64,000 nt of DNA from Octopus sinensis (lineage: Eukaryota). Every line of letters starts with the position of its first letter. Position 1 is the first letter of the stretch. The stretch lies in contig NC_043003.1 in NCBI RefSeq assembly GCF_006345805.1, forward strand, positions 83,018,001 to 83,082,000, given 5' to 3'. The position numbers were made by a program, and so were the translations under genes. This document shows positions 12,731-24,957 of this stretch, piece by piece. The notes beneath the pieces were generated by a model that saw nothing but the letters and a program-made list of their open reading frames with translations, was not told the origin of the DNA and did not search any database.

Positions 12731-13539
12731 TGTGGTGACTTCGATGTTCAAACACCTTTCTGTCTTAGGCGCGATTGTCTCCCTGCAGCGAACAGCATTG
12801 AAAAGCAATTACAGGTCCAAATTGCACTTAGACATATTTCAGCTGGTCTCGAGTTTCTTCATTTTCCGTCACTGCTTCACGCACTTACACATGAATATAT
12901 ACATATATATGTATGTAAGTATGTATGTATGTATGTATGCATGTATGTATGTATGTTTGTATGTATGTATGTATGTATGCATGTATGTGTGCATGCATGT
13001 ATGTAAGTACACAAAGCCACGACCATATATAATGAAAATCCTTCTGAAACACTCATTGGAAATAGTTCATTTTGCTGAAAAACACGATCTGGTTGCGCAT
13101 GCGTTGTGATCAAGGAAAATGCAGTAGTAAAAGTTGTGTGCCGAGAAGAGTAAACCACTAAAAATATGGCATGTTCTGGCGTGACATACTACCTACTACA
13201 GTCAATATGAAAACGGGTGCAGATAACTGCAGTACCATCCCACACAGATTGGAGAATAAGACCTGAAGTGGGGGCAAATAACAAAATGCCATTAGGGTAT
13301 CACACTAAATGAAGTAGATACCGTTTCTTGAACCAGATGATAAATATGACCAATGCTTCGTAATGAGCTAGTTCTGAATGTACTGCACAGCAACATATAT
13401 ATCAACGAAGAAAGTGTGTATGAATAATATCTAAAATATTTCTAACATTACGAGAAAAACGGATTCAAAACAACATAGATTTATTTTGACGTCCGTATAA
13501 ACATACCACAAAGCACCAATCCTAAAATCAAATGATTTC

Positions 13540-14188
<649 letters not shown>

Positions 14189-14190
<2 letters not shown>

Positions 14191-14345
14191 AGTGGCTGTA
14201 TGGTAAGTAGCTTACTTGCCAGCCACATGGTTCCGGTTGCAGATCCACTGCGTGGCACCTTCGGCATGTGTCTTCTACTATAGCTTAGGTCAGAGCGAAG
14301 CCTGGTGAGTGGATTTGATAGCCGGAAACTGAAATACGTCCGTCG

Positions 14346-14346
<1 letters not shown>
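14189..14346 (+). mobile_element. SINE family B, 5' half only, ending in (TA)n
   Basis: GGAGTGGCTGTATGGTAAGTAGC..GAAATACGTCCGTCG then (TA)n; the 3' half is absent. Confidence 0.85.
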
Positions 14347-14418
<72 letters not shown>

Positions 14419-15617
14419 TATATGCATAATGTTATATGCATGCATACACATGTAGATAAATATATGTACAGCTGTACACACGCATATTAGTATATATCTA
14501 TTTATGTATGAAAGTTTATGTGTAAATCTTCATATTTTGTGCAGATTTCCTCCATGTTTGTCGATTACATGTGTAAAGCTTCATATAGGAAACCCAAAGG
14601 ATTATAAGTCGCGATGGGTCTCATGAAAAAGGTGTAAACATTTTGGCATTGTTCTTCAGTATTTCACTTATCGTTTTGCCATCTGCGTTCATTAGGCTAT
14701 TATTATTTTTTCCTTTCGTGGAAGTTCGCCTTCTTTTTCTAGGAGTGTGGTTTTACTTGGCATTGTTCACTGTTCTTTAGTTGTTAATTGAAGCAATTTA
14801 ATATGCTCGTTTTTCGTTCTATAGGGAGTTTCAGTTTTTGGGAAATTATGCATTTTTCGTATGTTGACCTTCCTTTCGCAACAGCCTAAGTGAAATTCAC
14901 CGTTGTGAATGGAAAGAAATTACGGTTGCATAGTTAAGCCAGATGGGAAATACTAAGAGTAATATGCGAAAGCAGTTGTCAACCGACAACGTATGAAAAC
15001 AAATGAAGCTATCTTAATTAAACTAGAAGAAAATTCGTTTTGAATTTTTCCCAATGAATTGTGCATTCGTTGTAATGAATGCTCTTTTAAATGTTCTTTA
15101 AATGCTTTAAGAGATTCTTTTGCTATGTACAAAGCTTTATGAACTGAAATTTCAAGTCCAATTTTTTTTATAATGCGATGGTTAAACTAAAAATTACTTC
15201 ATTTGCATATAAAATTGCGTTGATCTCGCCAAGAAACATTGAAAACCAATTAGTAATCCCGTTTTACATACAATTATTATGCCAGGTGGTAATACTTATA
15301 AGTAATTTGCTATCCTTGTATATAGGAAGGAAGGAACGAACGAACGAACGAACGAACGGACGAACGAACGAACGCAGGAAAAAAGGAAGGAAAGAAAGAA
15401 GGATTACAATGTAGCTTGTAGAGACAACATTACAACAATACGAATATATCTCCACTTTCAAAAATTCGATGTTTGAGTAATTACTAATTTCATCTTTGAA
15501 TGAATTAAGACATCTTTCTTTTAGCTTGCACTTCGTTGTGTATTTTGATTTCCTTTTCTTTTTCCTGCTAACGGTTTTGAGAAATGATGATTACTTACAC
15601 AATAGATTAGAAGTTAT

Positions 15618-15694
15618 GCCCACGGGTATATGACGTAGTGGTTAAGAGCGCGGTCTACTAACCCCAAGATTCCGAGTTCGATTGCAGGCAGTGA

Positions 15695-15736
<42 letters not shown>

Positions 15737-15885
15737 CAACAACAACATCGAAAAATACATTAGGAATGAGAACCCAGCTTCGAAATTTCTCCAATACACG
15801 TGATTGAGGCTGGAGCGTATATCAGCCGAAACGTTGTGTTAGCAACAAACACGATGAGGACAAATATCCATCAAATGTAAATAAT
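15618..15885 (+). mobile_element. tRNA-derived element (family D): tRNA head, (AAT)n, and tail with a decayed hammerhead
   Basis: A box TGACGTAGTGG (15631-41), B box GAGTTCGATTGC (15674-85), (AAT)n 15699-15734, HHR relic 15796-15840. Confidence 0.75.
15796..15840 (+). ncRNA. Decayed minimal type I hammerhead
   Basis: ACAC GTGATTGA GGCTG-GAGCGTATAT-CAGCC GAAA CG TT GTGT; helices I, II and III intact, CUGANGA mutated. Confidence 0.6.
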
Positions 15886-15954
15886 TCCTCTTCTCTTAAA
15901 TATAGAACTGTATAATAAAAACTCTTATGCTATGAGAATAGAATTATATTCATA

Positions 15955-16346
15955 GGCGCGGGAGTATCTGTGAGGTAAGTTGCTTGCTTACCAACCATAT
16001 GGTTTCGGGTTCAGTCCTACTGCGTGGCATATTGGGCAAGTGTCTTCTACTATAGCCCCGGGCCAACCAAACCTTGTGAGTGGATTTGGTAGACGGAAAC
16101 TGAAAGAAGCCCATCGTATGTATGTATATGTGTGTGTGTGTGTTTGTGTGTCTGTGTTTGTCCCCCCAACATTGCTTGACAATCGATGCTGTTGTGTTTT
16201 AGTCCCCCGTAACTTAACGGTTCGGTAAAAGGGACAGATAGAATAAGTACTAGGCTTACAAAGAATAAGTCCCGGGGTGGATTTGCTCGGCTAAAGGCGG
16301 TGCTCCAGCATTGTCGCAGTCAAATATCTGAGGCAAATAAAAGAGA
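15955..16346 (+). mobile_element. SINE family B
   Basis: Full family B layout with short internal (TG)n. Confidence 0.9.
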
Positions 16347-17499
16347 GAATAAGGAGAGGTTAAATTTTGAAGTTCTTTTGTTTTTTCTTGTTTTTTCTTG
16401 TAGATCCGGCTTTCTGACGTTAAAACAATTTTAAATGATGCCTCACCAGTTGTCCCTCCTGCTACCTTCTGCTTCATAAAATGGCATCATTTGTTTGAAT
16501 AAATAGCAAGGAATGTGTCTCTTAGAATTTACCCAAATAAGATGTCAGTGATTATGCAATTATCTGTAATAATAATGTTACAGTAGCTTTTTTAAGCATT
16601 CCATGAGCGTAGGACAATACAAACTTTCTAAGATCAATCAAGTTCTTCTTCTGTGTATATGTTAACAAAATATTGATTAAACAATGTAACCGTAGTAGTA
16701 TACATCATATTTAGTTAATGTTCGTTCCCAATATGTTCTAAAAATGTTCTATCATTTTACAAATTTGATGATAAAAGAATTCTTTTTGTCATTATTCGAT
16801 TATGTCCAAGTCCTACATTACTAAAAATATTTGCAAGTGTTTTGCTTCATTGTTACATACAAATACACATTACATACACATACGCAGATATTTATGCATG
16901 TATATTTGTGTGTAACAAAATACTTGTAAGTATTTTTATTAATATAGCGACTTAGACATAATGGAATGACTGCAAAAGTAATATAAATTTGAAATATCAA
17001 ATATATAGCAAACCGTTGTCCAAATACATCAACAAATGAAAGCTTTAAAGAAGGACAAAAAAACAATTTACTACATGTAATCACTAGTTTATCTTTTTCT
17101 AAATACAAATGTGTATACACACAAACTGTCATACAGATATTTGTACGTGTGCACGCATGTGAGTGTGTGTGCACGCACGTGAGTGTGTGTGTATGTGTGT
17201 GTGTTGGTGTATCTCGAGGGACATGGTAGGAGCATAGTATCATAACCGGATAACACCGCATGAAGGAGTGGTTAGGAACGGTAAAGGAAGGAGATAAAAG
17301 TAAATAAAATAAACTAAGACGAAATCAAATAGAATAAAATGTAATAGGTTATAGAAGTCATAAGGACGATGGATGGATGGATGAATGGATGGATGGATGG
17401 ATAGGTGGATGGATGGATGGATGGATGGATGGACAGAGTGATAGATCGATAGAAATACAGAAATATTTAGATAGATAGATAGATAGATAGACACATGCA

Positions 17500-17940
17500 T
17501 AATACATACATACATTATGGCTGCCCCCTCATTATCGAGTATGGCCATTGCACGAACCTTAACTGTTATTGGTGCTGTGATCGAATGTGACTTTTTAGCC
17601 CAGCTAAAGATCTACAATGTCTTGTACAGAATTGGCAACTAAAACCGTTACTGGTAATATCCGGCTGTAGTTGTAACTGGGCTTCATGTACCTTTGCATG
17701 TCGTGTAAATCCTCCTGCCGAATTACTTAAATAGTTCTACATTCAGACTATCACCTCTCTGTGCTTTGCCATTGTTAATCTTTGATACAGCTTTTATTGC
17801 TTCCCCCACTGACGGGGTGTCATCTAAACACTCAATGGGTGCAATTCTGTGGAATCATATCAATAATTCTTTCATCAACAACTGATGATCGATTCAGACC
17901 TTCATTGAAATATTCCTCCCTTCGTTTTGAAGATGTCTTT
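17500..17940 (-). mobile_element. RTE-clade LINE relic (pre-RT region fused to 3' end)
   Basis: Minus translation RREEYFNEGLNRSSVVDERIIDMIPQ..LDDTPSVGEAIKAVSKINNGKAQRGDSLNVELFK and C-terminal CRSLAGLKSHIRS, followed by a (TATG)n tail. Confidence 0.75.
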
Positions 17941-18094
17941 CGGACCCCTCAATAAAACACCATTCCTATTCTATCTATTAACCGAGTTAGTTGCTTCATA
18001 CTCCTCCTGCGTCGATTCTGCCCATAAGAAAGGAATAAATAATACAATAGGGATGTAGTTCATAAATCCATGGCAACGCCGTGATGCACGGCTA

Positions 18095-18203
<109 letters not shown>

Positions 18204-18230
18204 AGGCTTGGAGATGATGTACAGGTATTA

Positions 18231-18415
18231 TATATTAGAAGAAAGGAGGTAATCAGATCGGATGGTTCATATTTATAGATATTTATTTATATATTACATT
18301 TTTTACATATATATATCATATCATTCAGATCATATCATTCGGATTATTAGCGCTTTCTTCCATTCCAGTGGGGTTTTCAAATCAAATTAATGATTACTTC
18401 ATTTCTTCTAATATA
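18231..18415. repeat. TA-flanked inverted repeat (25-bp arms)
   Basis: TATATTAGAAGAAAGGAGGTAATCA at 18231-55 vs TGATTACTTCATTTCTTCTAATATA at 18391-415; 2 mismatches. Confidence 0.75.
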
Positions 18416-19775
18416 TATATATATATATAATATATATATATTATATATATATATATATAATATATATATATACATACATACATACATACATACATACACG
18501 CACAATTTCGCAAGTGTAGGGAGACATATATTGGTGTATCGCACGAAAGTGCTGTGCAATTTTTATTCATTACAGTTGCTCCCTTTTATTGTCTGTTACC
18601 TTTTCTTTTCGTCCTCATGAGAAAGTGAGAAAATAATGTAGAAAAAATTCTGATGATAAATTTGCCTTATCGGAGAATGTCCGCTGCACTGCGTATGATG
18701 GCAACGAATTTGTAAATAAATACATTATTATACCATCGTCTTTACAAACGTCAAAATAAAGGCGTAATAAAAACTGCATATTATGAACTACACAAAACGT
18801 GTCAGTACATGAAAACATTGTGAACTGTTTCTACACATTGAGAACGTATGTTTCTCTTATATATATTTTGTGTCTTCCGGTCTTAAACATTACTAGTTTT
18901 GTTTTGATTTCAGCTTGTTTACTTAAGTTTATTTATTTAAATCTTGTCAGCACATCATCTTCTGAAGAAGAGTGACAGCAAAGATAATTACTCATGAATG
19001 ATATATTCCTCTTAATATAGTCATATAGAATCAGCAGGACGCTAGCACCTTAAATACAAATCATTACGATGTGAAAATTATACCTAACCTTACTATTAAT
19101 TATTAAACCTACACTAAGAAACTTTATAAACTATATCAATAAAAATACTTCCCTATCCCGGTTAACCATAATTTTGTCTCGCCTTAATAATAGATAAAGT
19201 ATTAGACCATATTCAGACACTGCGATTTGTAAAATTACATTTTACCTATTAATATATGACATTCCGGTCTATTATACCCATATTTAATGCCTGAACTATT
19301 TTTTACATATCATTGAAGCTGCTACTTTCTAATGGCCTCATGGTTCCGTAATTCTACAGCTTGACAGCTCTACTTACACCTGTTTGTCTCTAACTTAAAT
19401 ATTGTTTCCTTTGTCATCATTATACATGAATCATTAAATTTGCTATTATAACCCAGTTGGCAGATTCAATCTTGTAGATGTGTTTACTCTTTTTTAGCAT
19501 TATGCAGCGGTTATATACATATGCTTCCATATGAATCAGTACACATATTTGTTATATTAAGATATGTATATGTACATATAGGTATTTGTACGCATGTGTA
19601 CCTCCATATGTATATACATATGTGTGTATGAATTTCTATATCCTGTTATGTATGTATATATGCATCTGTGTGTGTATCCATATCTGTTTAAATGTATGAA
19701 TATATATCTTAATTTTCATATTTAAACCGGCATATGTGCTTGCTTTTAAAGTGTGCTGCGTATATATACCCATTC

Positions 19776-19900
19776 ATTTGTAAAATCTATGCATACCTAA
19801 GTAAATGTATATATCTATTTATATTTGTAAAATCTATGCATACCTAAGTGAATGTATATATGCTATTTATATTTGTAAAATATATGCATACCTAAGTGAA

Positions 19901-19910
<10 letters not shown>
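19776..19910. repeat. Approx. 47-bp tandem triplication
   Basis: TTTGTAAAATCTATGCATACCTAAGT(A/G)AATGTATAT repeated three times. Confidence 0.9.
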
Positions 19911-19993
<83 letters not shown>

Positions 19994-19997
<4 letters not shown>

Positions 19998-20234
19998 AGA
20001 GTAAGGACATAAATGCGAAAGAAGGTAGAAAAATAGTACTTGAATACCAGAGGTAGAGTAAAATACTTTGTTAAAAAGCAGTAAACATATCACAAAAACT
20101 GTTACTCAGAGTTTCCCATTTGTCGGACAGTTTCGTTTAGAATAAACTGTAGTGAAAATAAAACTGTCCGACGAACGGGAACGTGAAACTCTGAGCAACA
20201 GTTTTTGTGATAATTTTGCCGCTTTTGAATAAAG

Positions 20235-20235
<1 letters not shown>
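19994..20235. mobile_element. Head-to-head pair of Penelope-type 3' fragments (HHR family 2)
   Basis: Minus copy 19994-20143 (HHR with helix II deletion) and plus copy 20158-20235 (AAAACTGT CCGACGA ACG-GGAA-CGT GAAA CTCTGAG CA ACAGTTTT); both tails run into (TA)n; homologous to 36121-36343 and 38610-38700. Confidence 0.85.
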
Positions 20236-20304
<69 letters not shown>

Positions 20305-20450
20305 ACAATTTAGGAATGGCCTGAACAGGCCATTCGTCCACCAGAAAGAGCAGCCATTTATCGCTGGTAGCGATAAATTTTTACTGAATTTTGTGCTACC
20401 CTAAATTGATTAATATAATATATATATATATAATATATATATATATATAC

Positions 20451-20859
20451 TCTCTTTTACTCTTTTACTTGTTTGAGTCATTTGACTGCGGCCATGCTGG
20501 AGCACCGTCTTTAATCGAGCAAATCGACCCCGGGACTTATTCTTTTGTAAGCCCAGTACTTATTCAATCGGTCTCTTTTGCCGAAACGCTAAGTAACGGG
20601 GACATAAACACACCAGCATCGGTTGTCAAGCAATGCTAGGGGGACAAACACAGACACACAAACACACACACGCACATATATATATATACATATATACGAC
20701 GGGCTTCTTTCAGTTTCCGTCTACCAAATCCACTCACAAGGCATTGGTCGGCCCGAGGCTATAGTTGAAGACACTTGCCCAAGGTGCCACGCAGTGGGAC
20801 TGAACCCGGAACCATGTAGTTGGTGAACAAGCTACTTACCACACAGCCACTCCTGCGCC
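20451..20859 (-). mobile_element. SINE family B
   Basis: Reverse complement of the family B consensus. Confidence 0.92.
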
Positions 20860-21959
20860 TTAGAATATATATATATATCGAAACCAACTAAGTGTGTTCA
20901 CTCATAAAACCATTGCATGTAAATCGCAAGATTTACAATAAAGGCGTAATCTATGGCAATAATATCGGTACGCCTGGCTGACAGTGATATTTAAGTTGCA
21001 TGCAGATTGGTCAAGACCGTATTCCCAAAAGTCGGGTTGCTGGAGCCTTCTAAGGCTTGTTGGAACCTTCAAAAATGAGGAATTTAGTCATTTCATTACA
21101 GTTGTCAAGAACTTAAGTGTCAGTTAAATACATCTTGAAATCTGATGATTACTACGAATGTATGAAAGCGTTAATTGAACTTTATCAGCATTACAAATAT
21201 TTTTTAAATATTTAACACACTTCAACATTGTAAAAAATTATACATAGTTTTAAAATACCTTAATAAAAAACATGAAAACCAGACCATGTTTTAACTCTAC
21301 TCAACCGATATATATATATGTATACATATACAGAGGTGTGTGTGTGTGTGTGGTGTGTGTGTGTGTGTGTGCATGTATGTATTTATACGGGAAAATATAG
21401 CATCTTCCATCGGAGAATTACCTATACTGGCTCACACGCCGCCAGCATAAGCTATATGCAGCACTGACCACTGTATCTAATTCTTCTTCCTTTTCCTCTT
21501 TTTCCGATTTTTCTTATTCTATTTTGTTTCGTCTTTCCTCCTTCCATTTCTCCCTCCTATTAACATACTTAACCTACATCTTCATCCCCCACCACATAAT
21601 ATCTTCCCCGCATATTCATCCCGCATACACACTTATATTTTTTCTTTTTTATTCCCTCCCGATATTTTCGTTACAACAAGGTCTGAAAGACGCACAATAT
21701 AATAGAACACATTTGATGCAAGTCTGAGAAAGTGCCTCTCCAATGTCTAAAATCACAAATATTACGGGATTTTGTTTTTTTTAGAAATTTGGCGTAAACT
21801 GGCGTTGCAAATGGAGATGGTACAGAAACATTTGTAACTTATACTTAAAGATGTATTTAAAAAATTCCTTCTCTCCTTTTCATTGGATTATATACATATA
21901 TATATTTAGTGAGGGAAGAAATGGAGCTGAACGAAGATTTTACAAAATTCTTTTTTATT

Positions 21960-22045
21960 ATTTTCTACATATGTTTCAAAGGCTGCAAATTCCCTAATTC
22001 GGATTGAATAAGGAGACCATTTTGCAGCTTTCTCTTCAGGAAAAT
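21960..22045 (-). ncRNA. Type I hammerhead ribozyme, intact (GUA site)
   Basis: ATTTTC CTGAAGA GAAAGCTGCAAA..TTTGCAGCCTTT GAAA CATATG TA GAAAAT; 6-bp helix I, ACATATGT palindromic helix III. Confidence 0.85.
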
Positions 22046-22154
22046 CCAGGATCTTAAATCTCCAAACAAATGCGGTGCCATTCATACCATGGGCTCCTAG
22101 AGAGCGTTTGTCGAAAAGCTTGCTGCGCATTTGTTTGGAGATTTAAGTTCCTGG

Positions 22155-22240
22155 ATTTTCCTGAAGAGAAAGCTGCAAAATGGTCTCCTTATTCAATCCG
22201 AATTAGGGAATTTGCAGCCTTTGAAACATATGTGGAAAAT
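22155..22240 (+). ncRNA. Type I hammerhead, cleavage triplet mutated to GUG
   Basis: Same as the minus-strand copy except G at 22234 (H17 position). Confidence 0.8.
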
Positions 22241-22589
22241 AATAAAAAGGAATTTTGTAAAATCTTCGTTCAGCTCCATTTCTTCCCTCACTAAATATAT
22301 AAAACTTCAATTATCCGCACTAAGGCACGGTTGCGATACCCCATGGTCGTAACCTCAACCGTGATTTTTCTGTTGTGATTTTTGCTACCCAGGTATCGGT
22401 TATAATTTGAATAATCCGTAACAAGATAATTCATTTATCCATTTCAATATATATATATATATATATAAACATATATTCAGAATCTCATCAAAAAGTAGAA
22501 TGCACACTTCAAGAACAGAAAACGTAGAACTATTTTAACCTTGAATTTATTCACAGACATCATGAAATGAATACTAGTTACCTTCAATC

Positions 22590-22830
22590 TCTGGAATTAT
22601 AGTATATGCACAAAGTAGTGGTCATTAGCTTCCAGACACTTATTAGTACAGAGAACTACTGCTTGGGCACCGTTGGCCAAAGTGTTCGATGGGACTACTG
22701 CACATACCGTACCAATTTTCTGCCGAAAGACCGCCAGCGCTGCTGCTTTTCTATGATGCACTTCCTTTAGGTACCTCCACTTCTTCGTCTTTTTCTTTAA
22801 AATTCTTATTCGGTTAAGCATGCACGTTTC
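22590..22830 (-). mobile_element. Possible piggyBac-type Cys-rich C-terminal domain relic
   Basis: Across frames RKC..RKLVRYV..C..CP..LCTNKCLEANDHY resembles the piggyBac CRD; heavily decayed. Confidence 0.3.
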
Positions 22831-24685
22831 GGCAGTATGTATTTATGTATGTATCCGACGATCCTCTGAGCAGTTTCTGGATGATGCATATATTTATAAT
22901 CGCTTGCACGTTCCAGAGGAAAGGGACATAACCATGGTCCTTACATGTCTTCGTGGACTAATGGGACTGAGGTCATAAATATGTTTCTTCAAAAGTTGTA
23001 GGTCAACAGATACAGCAAGATATGAACACGGAGTGAATTCCAGACGAATGACATTCTGAGAAGGCAGTATTGTGCTCTATGATTAGTGCGGTGCTCGGAA
23101 GATTAGATAGATCAAGGGTGATAACAAGAGGACAAGCGAGCAGAATGCAAAATGCACTTATAAATTTATTCTCACATAATAGATATAAAGATATTAAGAA
23201 CATATAAACGTTAAATAAAATGTGCGAGAGCTAGTTTTAAGCTTTGGGCGGAAACAACGATGAAATAAAGTTACTTCCGTTTAAATCCGGGCGCTGTCAT
23301 GAAAAGTAATAGTAAGGCTATCTTATTTCATACCAATAAGGGTTAATTTGTATGGAGATATTAATCTATTACCTTTTTTAAAACAACTTATTCTCTCATA
23401 TGGTGTAAACATTATCTTAGAAAAAAAAACAAGAAATAGTAAATAGCTAAAACACTATCAAGCATGTAAAAACTTATAAATATAGCTTCACATTTCTTTC
23501 TTCATTTCGATATTTAGTGCAAGTCGGGCTCCATTAAGCAGAACAAATATCTTGTTTTATTTCCCATGAGAGGTTCAGCCCTCCTTCATCGATGGAGTAA
23601 ATGGATGCTCTAGATGTTCTCTATCTCACGGAATAGACTTTCCAATTTCGAGAAAGTAAAACGCGATTCATGTACTTGAATAAACTGCAGTACTATTTGC
23701 TATTAGTTATGAAGAGTAAAACTGTTCTCGGCGAGATTTGAACTTAGAGCCTAGAGAACCGTAGCATATACTGAAAGCACTGTATACAATGTGCTTATGA
23801 CTCTGCCTCTTCACTGCTTGTATCTTTCTGGATACGGATTTATTCTTAGCCTTACTCTGTATTATTCGTAATAATTCTCTGCCTTTTATACACATGATAT
23901 AATATTAATCATTAAAGACGAGATGTGAATAATCAAGGGATTTACTGTAAATTATATGCTTTATATCTCTTTGAAGCAACCACAACTTCAATGGGAATTT
24001 ACCGTAATCGGATTTCGCTAGAGCATTAAATCCTGTAGGCGAATCTAATTTTAATATCTATTAGGATATGGGCTTTCTGATCCACCCCTTCAGGGACTCA
24101 ATAGAGTAAATACCAATAATATAGTTCTGCCTACTTAATCAACTACACACCTCCCCTACAATATTGAAACAACTTCCTTTAATACATAGATATTGATGTT
24201 TCTAGAAACAAGGGACATAATTTTCAATTTCTTGGGTTCAGTTTGGTTTCATATAATTGTACTGAACATCTTCAATAAATTATCGTCATGACTATAATTG
24301 AAACAAAATTAAATTCTCATATCATCTTGAATTGTCACAGTAGTGTATGATTAAATAAGCAACGAAAAACAACACAGAAAGAAAAATTCCCAAAATATTT
24401 GACGGTAATATTAACAGCTTTATTACTTAGAACTAGGATTGAGGTAACAAAAATAGCATTGGATCAAATACCATCTAGTTACATCCGTCTACGTTTCGAC
24501 TTCAATGATTTTATAATCTAACGAACGATACAAACAGTGCTAGGCATACAGATGTATTGATACAATAATATATACAGCTCTTTTACAAATCGGCTGCTCC
24601 CTCACCTTTACTTCTTTCAGTCGTTAAACTATCATTTACTGGGGCATCAAATTAACAAGGTTTTAGTTGAAAACTTGACTACAGT

Positions 24686-24957
24686 TCTTTGGTGGTTAAA
24701 AGATGCTGTCGAAGGGATGAAGATGTTGCGGAAGGCAGTCTAAACTGATGTTCAGCTTCTGCTCCTTGTTTTCGTTTCAGGTAGAGGACGTCTACGTCAC
24801 TGTTAATGAGTGCTAGTTAGTATCTTCCAGGTCTTCACATCTATGGCTCGGATCCCATCAAGCGTCCCATCAACCAGCCCAAATATTGTTATGATTACTG
24901 GCCCTGCAAACAGATTTTAGGTCAGAGTTTTAATGAACACAAACAGTTCTAATGTCC
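24686..24957 (-). mobile_element. R4/Dong-clade non-LTR retrotransposon fragment
   Basis: Minus translation AGPVIITIFGLVDGTLDGIRAIDVKTWKILTST..SDVDVLYLKRKQG..SLRQHLLTTK matches the post-RT DVDRLYL.RK.GGRGL region of R4/Dong elements. Confidence 0.7.

Larger units (their letters stand above)
21899..22301. repeat. 403-bp near-perfect inverted repeat (176-bp arms, 51-bp spacer), each arm carrying a hammerhead (family 3)
   Basis: 21899-22074 pairs with 22126-22301 with 3 mismatches. Confidence 0.95.

Noticed and set aside
17881-17915. Isolated CTGANGA hits (also near 276, 11284, 14654, 18650, 18962, 31950, 48168, 49483, 49018, 56009, 57201 and 59087)
   Set aside because: They lack a helix II closed by GAAA and/or the NUH plus helix I; several lie inside LINE or transposase coding relics.
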